32,000 bases of DNA from Acaryochloris marina MBIC11017 (GCF_000018105.1 NC_009925.1:4590001-4622000), one strand, 5' to 3'; counted from the first letter of the stretch, positions 8,857-18,474 are shown. The notes: generated from the sequence alone by a model not told the origin. Numbers and translations are program-made.

Positions 8857-11160
8857 ATGGCACTGACCCGACGCGCTTTATTGCGAAAAACTAGCTTAGT
8901 GCTAGCTGGCCTAGGTTTAAGTGATTTATCTCTATGGAAGTTTGCAAATCAATATCAACAGGTATTAGCGCAACCCACTTCCCGGAAGCTAGCCTTGCTG
9001 GTGGGCATTAATCAGTATCGAGATTTGGGTAAGCAAGCTAAGCTGAAGGGCTGTTTGACCGATTTAGAATTGCAGCGAGAGCTTTTAGTCCATCGGTTTG
9101 GTTTTCACCCCGATGATATTGTCATTCTCAAAAACAAACAGGCTACCTATAAAAATATTGAAACGGCGTTTACCACCCATTTAATTGAACAGTCTCGGCC
9201 TCAAGATTGTGTCATCTTTCATTTCAGTGGGTATGGATGCTTATTGAGCCCCTATGTCGACACAGCCTCAGAGGTAAAAACGCCTCTCCCGTCCCAAGTG
9301 TTGCTTCCTTTCGATAGCAATATTCAATCGTCTGACAATAGCCAACAAGCCCTTGAAAATGTTCTGTTGCAAGAGCAGTTAGCCCTTTGGTTTAGGTCTC
9401 TCAATACCCAACAAAGTCTCTGTGTGTTGGATGCGGGTTTCACCTATCCCGGCAAGGCCTTGTTGGGGAATTTGCGGGTGCGATCGCAACCTAGTATTCA
9501 GCAAAAAACAGATTTGCCGGACGATCGAGAGCAGCAAGAAAAATTACTCAACCAATCCCAGCGACGTCAATCCCCCTCTGAGCTCATTCTTTGGGCCTCT
9601 CAGCAAGCTCAAACGGCCGTTGAAGCTCAATGGCATGACTTCTCGTCAGGGCTATTCACCTATGCCTTAACCGAACATCTATGGCAATCCTCTCCCACTC
9701 AAAAATTTTCAGCCAGCTTTAATCGGATCGTGTCTGATGTTGAGCGTCAGGTTGGTCGAGTCCAACAGCCTAGCTTAAGTGGGCAGTCAGGCTCCAGTGT
9801 TTTGGCAGGGTTAGCTCTCGGGGCCAATGCCGATGGTGTGGTTACTGATGTTGAAGACAACGGGGAAGAAGTTACGGTTTGGCTTGGGGGCGTTTTACCC
9901 CAAATTGTGGAGTATTACGCAACCACGACTTGCTTTAAAGTCACATCGAAGGAAGGCAGCCTATCTAGTAGCCCAGCTGTCGCTGCTTCATCTGCTGGAA
10001 GCGAATCCGATCCTAACCCAGTTCCACAAGAACCCTTGATTCAATTGGAGTCTAGCCGAGGCTGTGTCGGGACTGGACGGTGTGAGCAAGAAGGCCAAAT
10101 TAACTCAGGCCAGAAAATTCGAGAGGCCTTTCGAGTTATCTCCCGCTCCATCAATTTAAATGTTGCCCTAGGGTCACAACTGAATCGGATTGAACGGGTA
10201 GATGCCACTAGTGCATTTTCCGACATGCCCAATATCAATCCCGTTATTGCTGGTACTCAAAACGCGGACTTTTTGTTTACCCAAGCCTCTTCTTCCTCTC
10301 AAGTGATTGTTAATTCCGTACCGACGGACCTATCGGAAGAAGAAGAAGACCCTCCGGCTCCACCCCCCCAAACCCAATATGGACTCTTTTCCCAAGGTGG
10401 TGAGGAATTAGCAGATACCCGAGGAGAATCGGGGGAGGCCATTAAAACGGCGGTTAATCAACTACACGATACGTTGAAATTACTGCTGGCCCGCAAAACC
10501 CTCGATCTGACGGTTAACGATTTTTCGTCGAGAGTGGGGGCCATGGTGACTTTGGAATCTACCGATGATGAAAAGCCCCAGATCCTAGCCCAACAGTCTA
10601 CGACCAGAGCGCCTTGGCTTCGAAAAGAAAACTCATCCTTATCTTCCTTTGAGAAGCAAGGGCAAGTTGTTCAGATTGCCAAAGGTCAACATATCCAATA
10701 TCGGGTGTATAACTACAGTGATGCTCCTCTCTATTGGTTAGTATTGGGCGTTGATACTCGCACCCAATTCTTCTCAATTTATGCGCCGGAAGCGCTGCTA
10801 GATACGTCAACCAACCAAGACGCTATTGCCCCTAAAGACTCGCTCACAGTGCCATTCCCAACGAATGAATATGTCGTTCGTGGACCAGAAGGGATCGCAA
10901 CAACCTACATCATTCTGAGCCGCACTCCGTTTGAGAAAGGATTAGAGGCCATCTCCAGCAAAATCCGCCCGTCTTCTAGTAATACATCTCCTGTCGTAGC
11001 CCGCTTGGTCAATCCACTAGAGGTGACCCAGCAAGTACTACAAGATTTGCATAACAGCAGCGTGCCAACAGCAGAGAAAATGGGGATTGCATCTGATAGT
11101 AACTGGGTTTGGGATGTCGAGCAGTGGGCAACGTTTCAGTTTACCCATGAGGTGATTTGA
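8857..11160 (+). CDS. Tat-signal caspase-fold protein with substituted catalytic dyad (pseudo-orthocaspase), low-complexity linkers and a C-terminal beta-rich domain
   Basis: N-terminus MALTRRALLRKTSLVLAGLGL has a twin-arginine motif plus an h-region. The Peptidase_C14-like core begins at KLALLVGINQY. The His position reads FHFSGYG (Tyr126, nt 9232-9234) and the Cys position reads VLDAGF (Gly194, nt 9436-9438). Ser/Ala-rich and EEEEDPPAPPP linkers follow. The C-terminal segment GQHIQYRVYNYSDAPLYWLVLGVD resembles the DUF4384-type domain seen on bacterial caspase homologues (from memory, not verified). Confidence 0.85.
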   Translation: MALTRRALLRKTSLVLAGLGLSDLSLWKFANQYQQVLAQPTSRKLALLVGINQYRDLGKQAKLKGCLTDLELQRELLVHRFGFHPDDIVILKNKQATYKNIETAFTTHLIEQSRPQDCVIFHFSGYGCLLSPYVDTASEVKTPLPSQVLLPFDSNIQSSDNSQQALENVLLQEQLALWFRSLNTQQSLCVLDAGFTYPGKALLGNLRVRSQPSIQQKTDLPDDREQQEKLLNQSQRRQSPSELILWASQQAQTAVEAQWHDFSSGLFTYALTEHLWQSSPTQKFSASFNRIVSDVERQVGRVQQPSLSGQSGSSVLAGLALGANADGVVTDVEDNGEEVTVWLGGVLPQIVEYYATTTCFKVTSKEGSLSSSPAVAASSAGSESDPNPVPQEPLIQLESSRGCVGTGRCEQEGQINSGQKIREAFRVISRSINLNVALGSQLNRIERVDATSAFSDMPNINPVIAGTQNADFLFTQASSSSQVIVNSVPTDLSEEEEDPPAPPPQTQYGLFSQGGEELADTRGESGEAIKTAVNQLHDTLKLLLARKTLDLTVNDFSSRVGAMVTLESTDDEKPQILAQQSTTRAPWLRKENSSLSSFEKQGQVVQIAKGQHIQYRVYNYSDAPLYWLVLGVDTRTQFFSIYAPEALLDTSTNQDAIAPKDSLTVPFPTNEYVVRGPEGIATTYIILSRTPFEKGLEAISSKIRPSSSNTSPVVARLVNPLEVTQQVLQDLHNSSVPTAEKMGIASDSNWVWDVEQWATFQFTHEVI

Positions 11161-11179
11161 AAGCATGAGGAGTATGAGT

Positions 11180-11204
11180 GGTGAGGCCAGCTCACCGATT
11201 TTTT
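11180..11204 (+). terminator. Candidate intrinsic terminator after the caspase-like gene
   Basis: GGTGAG (11180-11185), loop GCCAG, CTCACC (11191-11196), then GATTTTTT. Confidence 0.5.
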
Positions 11205-11224
11205 AAAGCAACTGGCCAGCAAGT

Positions 11225-11824
11225 TTAAAGAACAGCTTTAGCAGAAAAGAGTCCTTTTTCCGTACAAATCGCTTTCAAAGGTTGGTCCCAAGACTCTGTT
11301 GGCAGCTGTTCTAAAAGATCCCGTTCGAAGACAATACCAACCGTTGGGATACTGGCCCAGCCGGGAGAAGAGAGTAAGCGATCGTAATATCCTCCTCCAT
11401 AGCCGAGGCGATACCCCTTGCGATCGCACGCCACTGCCGGGACCAAAATCAAATCCACCTCATCAGCCGATAACTCAGGACAATCTGGGTAAGGCTCCAA
11501 AATTCCATACTTACCCTTTTTCAGTATTTGGGGGTCTAGGGGGTTGCAGCGATGCCACATCAAATGTTGCCCCACGCAGCGAGAGAGCCCCCAGCCTCGA
11601 TCTTGTCCTTGTAAAAACAACCAGCTCAAATCCGGTTCTTGTCGAAACGTCATATACGCCAAAACCGTCTGTGCCTGTTGCCAGAGGGACGAATCAAGTA
11701 GCTGTTGGCAGAGGGTCTGGCTAAAAAGACGCCATTGCTCCACAGGCATCGATTGACGCTGCGTCAACAATTGACGTCTCAAGGTATTTTTATCGAGTTG
11801 TGGATTAGAGCCAGAAGACTGCAC
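11225..11824 (-). CDS. 5-formyltetrahydrofolate cyclo-ligase
   Basis: 199 aa. N-terminal KNTLRRQLLTQRQ, central GILEP, and the C-terminal GYGGGYYDR motif typical of MTHFS. The GTG start at 11824 overlaps the upstream gene's TAG stop by 1 nt. Confidence 0.85.
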   Translation of the reverse strand: MQSSGSNPQLDKNTLRRQLLTQRQSMPVEQWRLFSQTLCQQLLDSSLWQQAQTVLAYMTFRQEPDLSWLFLQGQDRGWGLSRCVGQHLMWHRCNPLDPQILKKGKYGILEPYPDCPELSADEVDLILVPAVACDRKGYRLGYGGGYYDRLLSSPGWASIPTVGIVFERDLLEQLPTESWDQPLKAICTEKGLFSAKAVL

Positions 11825-12534
11825 TAAAACTGGGTTGCCACCAATAAGAACAAGCTATCCACTAACAGCGTACCCAATACAGATCCGGAAAAAGCCCACC
11901 AGCAAAGCTGATCTTTTTGCCCTGTCCAGGTATCTGGGGGCAGCAAGGGGCGAATACTAATCACACAGAGTCCAACCACCAAAACCATCGCCCAAAACCT
12001 TCCCCAAGGGGTTTGGGTATGCTCTAAAGCTTGGGGCAATAATGCCATTGCTTCCGTTTGATCCGTTTGAATCAAGACTCGCCAAGTGGGCATTAAATCC
12101 ACCAGGAAGAAATACACATCCGTAACGGTGGAGCCAATCAAAGATCCAAGAAAGAACAAAGAGCCAATTTTAAAGCGGGAATTGAGTAATGCCCAAATGG
12201 CGACAGGTAAGCCAATGGCTTCCATGGGAACGTGCCATAATGGTTCTGCTCGAAACCATCCCCAATAAATAGAGCCAGAGAACCAGGCTAAAGCAAAGCC
12301 AAACAGCAAATCACCCCAGATATGCGTTTTGTCTTGGCGCATTAGCCCGTAACTTCCCAAAAGCCACCCTCCTGTAGCCACCAGACTTAGCCATGGCCAA
12401 GTCCTCACCAAAGGTGCCTGAATCAGCACAGGTAAGGACACCAAAAACATCGCTGCGCCAAATAGCAGCCAGCTCTGAAACGTCCCCATGCTTTGAATAG
12501 TTTGCCTGAGGGAGCTTTGAAAAGTTTGTTTCAA
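11824..12534 (-). CDS. Conserved multi-pass membrane protein (family not confidently recognised)
   Basis: 236 aa with about 6-7 hydrophobic helices (for example WLLFGAAMFLVSLPVLI and WAMVLVVGLCVISI). It is translationally coupled to the downstream MTHFS gene. Confidence 0.65.
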   Translation of the reverse strand: MKQTFQSSLRQTIQSMGTFQSWLLFGAAMFLVSLPVLIQAPLVRTWPWLSLVATGGWLLGSYGLMRQDKTHIWGDLLFGFALAWFSGSIYWGWFRAEPLWHVPMEAIGLPVAIWALLNSRFKIGSLFFLGSLIGSTVTDVYFFLVDLMPTWRVLIQTDQTEAMALLPQALEHTQTPWGRFWAMVLVVGLCVISIRPLLPPDTWTGQKDQLCWWAFSGSVLGTLLVDSLFLLVATQF

Positions 12535-12597
12535 GGATTATTCTCCAGATTTTTCAAAGTTATAAAAATGCTAATAATTCAATATGATTGATTAGGC

Positions 12598-12630
12598 AAT
12601 ATTCGTTAATATTCGTTAATATTTTGCGTT
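12598..12630. repeat. Short tandem direct repeat (AATATTCGTT x2 plus one degenerate copy)
   Basis: AATATTCGTT at 12598-12607 and at 12608-12617, then AATATTTTGCGTT. It lies in the divergent promoter region between the membrane-protein gene and dtd. Confidence 0.7.
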
Positions 12631-12773
12631 TATTGAATCATCCTTGAGTTGGGGTGCAATCCAGATTAGTGTATCACGGGAAGGTCTGAGGGCTGTGCCT
12701 TCCACAACCTAGCTGTAACTAGCTCTCCTGCTTGAATTACTGCAAATTAACTACATATATCTCCTTAAATCTG

Positions 12774-13229
12774 ATGCGTATTATTTTGCAAAGAGTTAAT
12801 GAATCACGAGTCGAAGTTGCAGGTCAAATTATTGGCAGAATTGAAAAAGGCCTCAATTTATTAGTAGGAATTACCCCCTCGGATACAGACCAAGAAGTGG
12901 CTTGGATGGCTCGTAAATGCTTGGAACTGAGAATCTTTCCGGATCAGTCTGGAAAGCTGTCCCAGTCCGTCCAGGATATAGAGGGGGGATTATTAGTGAT
13001 CAGCCAATTTACCTTGTATGGAGATTGTCGAAAAGGACGGCGACCTTCCTTTGATAAAGCGGCACCTGGTGCTATGGCAGAACAGATTTATGAGCAATTC
13101 GTGACCAAACTGAGAGCCAGCGGCTTACAGGTGGAAACGGGACAGTTTGGTGCCATGATGAACGTTTATATCGAAAATGATGGTCCTGTGACGTTAATCT
13201 TAGAACGAGAGGCTGAGAGCGAAAGATAG
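12774..13229 (+). CDS. dtd: D-aminoacyl-tRNA deacylase
   Basis: MRIILQRV...GLNLLVGI...[17 protein letters not shown]...NDGPVT matches the Dtd family. I use the ATG at 12774 rather than the TTG at 12732 in the track, because Dtd proteins begin at the MR(I/A)(I/V)LQR motif. Confidence 0.92.
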   Translation: MRIILQRVNESRVEVAGQIIGRIEKGLNLLVGITPSDTDQEVAWMARKCLELRIFPDQSGKLSQSVQDIEGGLLVISQFTLYGDCRKGRRPSFDKAAPGAMAEQIYEQFVTKLRASGLQVETGQFGAMMNVYIENDGPVTLILEREAESER

Positions 13230-13380
13230 GAATAACCTTCTTGACTTTGATTTGAATTCTGGTTCGATGGCGCTCTCAAACCAACAGATACCAAAGATAG
13301 ATACCGTTAGGGATTGCCATTTCTAGCAGAGTTGAGTCAAACTGCCTTTGTGTTGATCAATAGCGAGTCTCTCCAGAATT

Positions 13381-15267
13381 ATGTGCGGTATTGTCGGTTA
13401 TATTGGCCCTCAAACGGCCAGCGGAATTCTGCTTTCGGGTCTACAAAAACTGGAATATCGGGGGTACGATTCAGCGGGGATTGCTACGGTATCCGAGGCT
13501 CAACTCCAATGCATTCGGGCTAAAGGCAAACTGCACCATCTGCAAGAGAAGTTAGCCAGCTGGGAAAATTCGGCGGTTCTGGGCATTGGCCACACACGCT
13601 GGGCAACTCACGGCAAACCGGAAGAACATAACGCCCATCCCCACCGAGATGCTCGCGATCGTTTGGCAGTCGTGCAAAACGGCATTATCGAAAATTATCG
13701 GGAACTGCGAGAAGAACTGAAAGAACGGGGCTGTACGTTTCGCTCTGAAACTGATACGGAAGTTATTCCCCATTTAATCTCTGAAAAGCTGGACGGTCTA
13801 AAGGCAAAAGGAGAGCCTTCTCTGCTGGAAGCAGTTCGACAGGCCGTCAATCATTTAGAAGGGGCCTTTGCGATCGCAGTCGTGTCTGCCGATTTCCCGG
13901 ATGAACTGATCGTAGCTCGTCAACAGGCTCCCTTAGTGGTCGGTTTTGGCGATGGCGAATATTTCTGTGCCTCTGATCCCCCCGCCTTGATTCACCACAC
14001 CCGCACCGTCTTAACCCTAGAGAACCAAGAACTGGCTCGCCTGACCACTCAAGGGGTGGAGCTTTACCACTTTGAGGGAAACCGCGTGCGTCGTCCGCCC
14101 CGCACCCTGAACTGGAACCCCGTGATGGTGGAGAAACAGGGCTTTAAGCACTTTATGCTTAAGGAAATCTATGAGCAGCCTGGGGTGGTGCGAACATGCC
14201 TGGAAAAGTATGTAGATAGCACCTGGCAACCGGGGCAAGCCACCAGTCCCATTCGCCTCAATTTGGCCCCAGAGTTAACCGCGAACTTGGAAAATATCCA
14301 AATTATGGCCTGCGGGACGAGTTGGCACGCCAGCTTAGTCGGTAAGCATTTACTGGAGCAGTTAGCAGGTATCCCAACGGTGGTGCAGTACGCCTCTGAA
14401 TTTCGGTACGCCCCTTCACCCATGACGGCCAATACCCTCACCATTGGCGTCACCCAGTCGGGGGAAACCGCTGATACACTTGCTGCCCTGGAAACGGAGC
14501 AGCAACGTCGTTCTCAGCAACCCGCTCATCTCCAGGCCCGCCTGTTGGGCATTACCAATCGCCCCGAAAGCTCTTTGGCCCGTTTAGTTCCTGCCATTAT
14601 TGATACCCATGCTGGGATTGAGATTGGCGTGGCCGCCACCAAAACCTTTATGGCTCAACTGATGGCCTTTTACTTTTTGGCGATTGAGGTGGCTTATCAG
14701 CGTAAAACTGTTGCCCCTCAGCGCTTGGGGGAAATCATTGATGGTTTGCAACAGCTTCCCGCTCAGCTAGAGCAGGTGTTGGAAAGCCAGGAGCGGTATG
14801 TGGAAACCTTGGCCCATGATTTTGTCGAAACCCAGGACTTTATCTATATTGGTCGAGGTATCAATTTTCCCATTGCTCTGGAAGGGGCGCTGAAGCTGAA
14901 AGAGATTAGCTATATCCATGCGGAGGGATATCCGGCAGGGGAGATGAAGCATGGCCCCATCGCATTGCTGGATGCCAAGGTTCCTGTGGTGGCCATTGCA
15001 ATGCCGGGAACGGTGTTTGAAAAGGTGCTCTCCAACGCCCAAGAAGCCCGAGCCCGAGATGCTCGCCTGATTGGGGTTACCCCAATGAATGAGCAGGAAG
15101 CCAAAGAGACCTTCGATACGTTGCTGCCTGTACCTGCAGTGGATGAGATTATTTCACCACTGCTAACGGTGGTGCCGTTGCAGTTGCTGTCCTACCATAT
15201 TGCAGCTCTACGTGGACTGGATGTGGATCAGCCTCGTAATTTGGCGAAATCCGTGACGGTTGAGTAG
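13381..15267 (+). CDS. glmS: Glutamine--fructose-6-phosphate aminotransferase (isomerising)
   Basis: 628 aa. It has the N-terminal nucleophile MCGIVGY, GHTRWATHG, two SIS domains (GTSWHA, SQSGETADT) and the C-terminal ...NLAKSVTVE. Confidence 0.97.
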   Translation: MCGIVGYIGPQTASGILLSGLQKLEYRGYDSAGIATVSEAQLQCIRAKGKLHHLQEKLASWENSAVLGIGHTRWATHGKPEEHNAHPHRDARDRLAVVQNGIIENYRELREELKERGCTFRSETDTEVIPHLISEKLDGLKAKGEPSLLEAVRQAVNHLEGAFAIAVVSADFPDELIVARQQAPLVVGFGDGEYFCASDPPALIHHTRTVLTLENQELARLTTQGVELYHFEGNRVRRPPRTLNWNPVMVEKQGFKHFMLKEIYEQPGVVRTCLEKYVDSTWQPGQATSPIRLNLAPELTANLENIQIMACGTSWHASLVGKHLLEQLAGIPTVVQYASEFRYAPSPMTANTLTIGVTQSGETADTLAALETEQQRRSQQPAHLQARLLGITNRPESSLARLVPAIIDTHAGIEIGVAATKTFMAQLMAFYFLAIEVAYQRKTVAPQRLGEIIDGLQQLPAQLEQVLESQERYVETLAHDFVETQDFIYIGRGINFPIALEGALKLKEISYIHAEGYPAGEMKHGPIALLDAKVPVVAIAMPGTVFEKVLSNAQEARARDARLIGVTPMNEQEAKETFDTLLPVPAVDEIISPLLTVVPLQLLSYHIAALRGLDVDQPRNLAKSVTVE

Positions 15268-15276
15268 ACCCAAACC

Positions 15277-16785
15277 CTAGGACGCTGTGGGGCGAGTGTA
15301 GCGATGCTTCACTCCTATAGGGAAATAGGCCGGATCACCATTGGGCCGTAAATAAATCTGCGGCATTTGGTAATTCACTGGAACATAGTTTGCAAATTCA
15401 CTGTTTAGCCTGCGAAGCTGATGTAAAACTGGTGCGGCTATCGCGTCTGTCCTGGCTGGACTAGCAGCCTCACCCGGTGCAAGTTCCACATCAATTACTA
15501 AATGGGAGTTCTGATCCGCATCGGTTTGTACCTGCATCACAAATTTGCCGGTGACCCAATCGCAAATCTCTGGTTGTTCCAAACCCACCGTTACATTTTC
15601 TGGATAGATATTGGCCCCAAAGAACGACACTGTGAAATGGGAGCGGCCAAATACATAGACAAACGGTAGGGGGCGAACCGGAGTGTGACCTTGCTGTTGT
15701 AAGGTTGAGATCGCATCAAATCCACGGGCTTTCAAAAACGCCAACATCTGGTCGTAGGGGATAATGCCGCCGCGATCGCAAATGTGATACCGAATAAGGG
15801 GAATTCCATTATCACCAGAGAATAATAGTGTTCCCTCGTCGGTGACCTCAAAATATCGACTCTTGGGATCATACTGAACCAGAGTGGGCAAGCGAGATTC
15901 CCCCAATAGCTCAGCAGCAATCGTGGGATGATCAGCTAAAAATCGTCGGATACAGATGCTTAATGGAGTTTCATTTCCCAATACACCTGCATCAGCAGTG
16001 CCATATAAAGAAGCCGAGTCAAAGCAGGGGCTTGTTGAACCCACCCGAGTCCCGACTAAATCTCGCCACGCTTCGCTAAATACTTCCCCTGCCATCACCC
16101 ATTTGAGATGATATTGAGGCCATGGGATGCCCGCTGCCAGTCCCGTATCAATAACATCCTTAAGAAAGGGTGGATATCCCAACAGTACAACCTGGTCAAA
16201 CATGGGGCCCAGAGTTTGCACCACCCGCAAAATTTCAGTTGTATTATTGCCAGGTGTAATCACTGTGAGGGGATAGCCTTTACTGGCTAAGTGGCGACAA
16301 CAGTTGGCGGTGTACATCCCTCCCACCCAAGTCCCGAGGGCAAAGCAAACAACAGCAAGGGTCCGCTTTTGATCTGCAGCAAAGCTATCCACAAAAATTT
16401 GTTCAAAACGGGTCGAGATTTGATACTCATCCGAGATGAAACGTGGCCAAAAGGTTGGTTCTCCCGTCGATCCAGAAGACACTGCGATCATGTCACAGGT
16501 CTCCAACTTGCCATCACGACAGAGATGAGGCAGGGGAAACTGCCGTAAATAATTGTCTTTGGTCGTTAAAGGTAGGGTAGCAAAGTCTTCTAACGTCTGA
16601 ATTTGCTTAGGGTCGACGCCCTGTTGCTGAAGGAAGTCGTGGTAAGCCGGAACGGTCTGGGCAACCCGGTGAAACAGGGATAGGACATGTGCTGATGTCG
16701 AAGCAGATGAATCAATCAGTTCCTCTAAGGGCGTATCAAGGAACGTCTGTAAAGCCTTAAGAGTATGTTGGAGAGGGCCTGTCAT
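15277..16785 (-). CDS. Adenylate-forming enzyme of the phenylacetate-CoA ligase / F390-synthetase-like family
   Basis: 502 aa with the AMP-binding P-loop variant SSGSTGEPTFWPR and the PaaK/CapK-like N-terminal region (VPAYHDFLQQQGVDP...LPLTTKDNYLRQFP). It lies 57 nt downstream of the CHASE-GGDEF gene on the same strand. Confidence 0.8.
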   Translation of the reverse strand: MTGPLQHTLKALQTFLDTPLEELIDSSASTSAHVLSLFHRVAQTVPAYHDFLQQQGVDPKQIQTLEDFATLPLTTKDNYLRQFPLPHLCRDGKLETCDMIAVSSGSTGEPTFWPRFISDEYQISTRFEQIFVDSFAADQKRTLAVVCFALGTWVGGMYTANCCRHLASKGYPLTVITPGNNTTEILRVVQTLGPMFDQVVLLGYPPFLKDVIDTGLAAGIPWPQYHLKWVMAGEVFSEAWRDLVGTRVGSTSPCFDSASLYGTADAGVLGNETPLSICIRRFLADHPTIAAELLGESRLPTLVQYDPKSRYFEVTDEGTLLFSGDNGIPLIRYHICDRGGIIPYDQMLAFLKARGFDAISTLQQQGHTPVRPLPFVYVFGRSHFTVSFFGANIYPENVTVGLEQPEICDWVTGKFVMQVQTDADQNSHLVIDVELAPGEAASPARTDAIAAPVLHQLRRLNSEFANYVPVNYQMPQIYLRPNGDPAYFPIGVKHRYTRPTAS

Positions 16786-16842
16786 AGGGGAAAATGAGCG
16801 TACTCCCCTTATCTTGGCAAACCACTCGCTTTTGAGTCGATA

Positions 16843-18474
16843 TTATTGGGACTGAAATTGTAACTCTTGAGATGCTGGGTCAGATGGCACCAAGGTATCG
16901 GCAAAGGAAGGGATATGAATAAAGGCATGCTGATTGCGCCCAGCATCCTTCGCTTGTAATAAGGCTTGCGTGGCTTTCTCCACTAACTTAGTCATGGGTG
17001 TATCATGAGCTGGTCGTACAAACCCAACCCCAATACTGACGGTGACATATTCACTAATGGGGGAGTAAATATGTTTGATCTTCAAAGCTTCTATGGATTC
17101 GATACAGCGCTGAGCAAGGGGTTCCGCATTTGCGGTATTCGGTAGCAGTAGTGCAAAGGTTTCCCCTTCAAATCTGGCCACTAGGTCTGCAGGACGCTTG
17201 AGCAGAGATTCCAGTTGAGACGCGATTTTTTTTAGGCACTCATCGCCAGCGACAAACCCATATCCCTCATTAAACTGTCGGAAAAAATCTAGATTGATCA
17301 GAAATAACGTCATGGGGGTTTGCTCACGGATCGCCCGCTTCCACTCTTTATCCAAACAATCGTTAAAGTGTCGGCGATTGGCAATATGGGTTAATTCATC
17401 TGTGGTAGAGATTAGAGAGAGTTTTTTGTTCGCTTCTTCTAATTCCTTCGTGCGATCGCGGACAACGGTCTCCACAAGCTTTGACTGCCGAAGGATAAAG
17501 AATACATAGGCTTCAGTCAGAACCGTAAAAACTAAACCCACCCAGAACACTGCCCAGGGCAGGCCACTTCGCTTCTCGTTGAAATAAACATTAGAAGGGA
17601 TAGCCGCAATCGTCCATTGCTGCCCAGCAATCGATTTGAGATCAGAACGATATTCATGTTCAGGCATCGGCTGACCTAATCTCGATTGCCGCACATAGGG
17701 AATATCTTCTGGATTGGATGTATCCATCAGTTGCAGGTTAATTGCATCTATCGCCCCAGGCTGAATCGCCCCATTAACTAAATCACTGATCCGAAAGACC
17801 CCCAACACCAAACCTTCCAACCGTTGGCGTCTGCTATCTAATGTGTTGGGCTGGTCTTGATAGACCGGAATAAAGGTGATGAAGCCTTTTTGCTCTTCTT
17901 GTTCTTGGACCAAGGTCAAATTACTGGTGGATTGAACCATTCCCGTATCGGTGGCTAAGGTGATGGCCCGTTTACGAGTCGCATCAGAAGCCAAATCAAA
18001 TCCTAAAGCCAATTCATTACCGGCAAAAGGTTCTAAAAATGATACCGGGTAGTATTCTGCTCGTTTTTGAGCACGAACCATCTTGCCTTGGCTAACCTGT
18101 TGGGTAATTTCAAAAGCAGGATAGTTTTGTTGTCGCTGTTTGATAAATGTTGCCCGATCCGCATGTTTAACCTTAGGCACCCATTCCAGGGCTTGAATAT
18201 CTTTATGACGAGCTAAGAGATTGTGCGTGAATTGCTGGAACTCTTTGGGTGTGACCTGCTCAGAACTATCAAACAGCAGCTTGAGGCTATTAATAGCTTC
18301 CAGTTTGGCATCAATTTTGGCTTCTAAGCGGTGGACCTGCTCATTGATATCCTGCTGAAAATCTTTTTGAATAGCTTGAGTTTCTAGGGAATAGAACTTT
18401 AATGCTAATAACGCTGATAGACCAATTCCCAATACTCCTGTGGGAATAGAAATTAACGCTATTTTTCTGTTCAA
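16843..18474 (-). CDS. Membrane receptor: periplasmic CHASE domain, TM helix, coiled coil, degenerate GGDEF domain
   Basis: TM1 is IALISIPTGVLGIGLSALLALKF. The CHASE-type region of about 280 aa includes ALEWVPKV, YYPVSFLEPFAGNELALGFDLASD and LVQEQEEQKGFITFIPVY. TM2 is LPWAVFWVGLVFTVLTEAYVFFIL. The GGDEF-fold begins DELTHIANRRHF. The active-site motif reads EGETF (nt 17155-17169) instead of GG(D/E)EF, while RPAD (RxxD) is retained 5 residues upstream. Confidence 0.85.
   Translation of the reverse strand: MNRKIALISIPTGVLGIGLSALLALKFYSLETQAIQKDFQQDINEQVHRLEAKIDAKLEAINSLKLLFDSSEQVTPKEFQQFTHNLLARHKDIQALEWVPKVKHADRATFIKQRQQNYPAFEITQQVSQGKMVRAQKRAEYYPVSFLEPFAGNELALGFDLASDATRKRAITLATDTGMVQSTSNLTLVQEQEEQKGFITFIPVYQDQPNTLDSRRQRLEGLVLGVFRISDLVNGAIQPGAIDAINLQLMDTSNPEDIPYVRQSRLGQPMPEHEYRSDLKSIAGQQWTIAAIPSNVYFNEKRSGLPWAVFWVGLVFTVLTEAYVFFILRQSKLVETVVRDRTKELEEANKKLSLISTTDELTHIANRRHFNDCLDKEWKRAIREQTPMTLFLINLDFFRQFNEGYGFVAGDECLKKIASQLESLLKRPADLVARFEGETFALLLPNTANAEPLAQRCIESIEALKIKHIYSPISEYVTVSIGVGFVRPAHDTPMTKLVEKATQALLQAKDAGRNQHAFIHIPSFADTLVPSDPASQELQFQSQ

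Noticed and set aside
8857-11160. Caspase-like gene as an active protease effector of a defence or PCD system
   Set aside because: Both catalytic positions are substituted (Tyr126, Gly194). The protein carries an export signal, and no partner sensor genes are adjacent.
11238-11756. Three ORFs overlapping the MTHFS gene (11238..11429, 11299..11724, 11544..11756)
   Set aside because: They are off-frame or antisense to a gene carrying the GYGGGYYDR family motif, and their composition is low-complexity.
13230-13380. glmS ribozyme/riboswitch in the glmS leader
   Set aside because: I could not recognise a conserved structured core. This ribozyme is characteristic of Gram-positive bacteria, not cyanobacteria. 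Without a covariance-model search this is only a negative impression.
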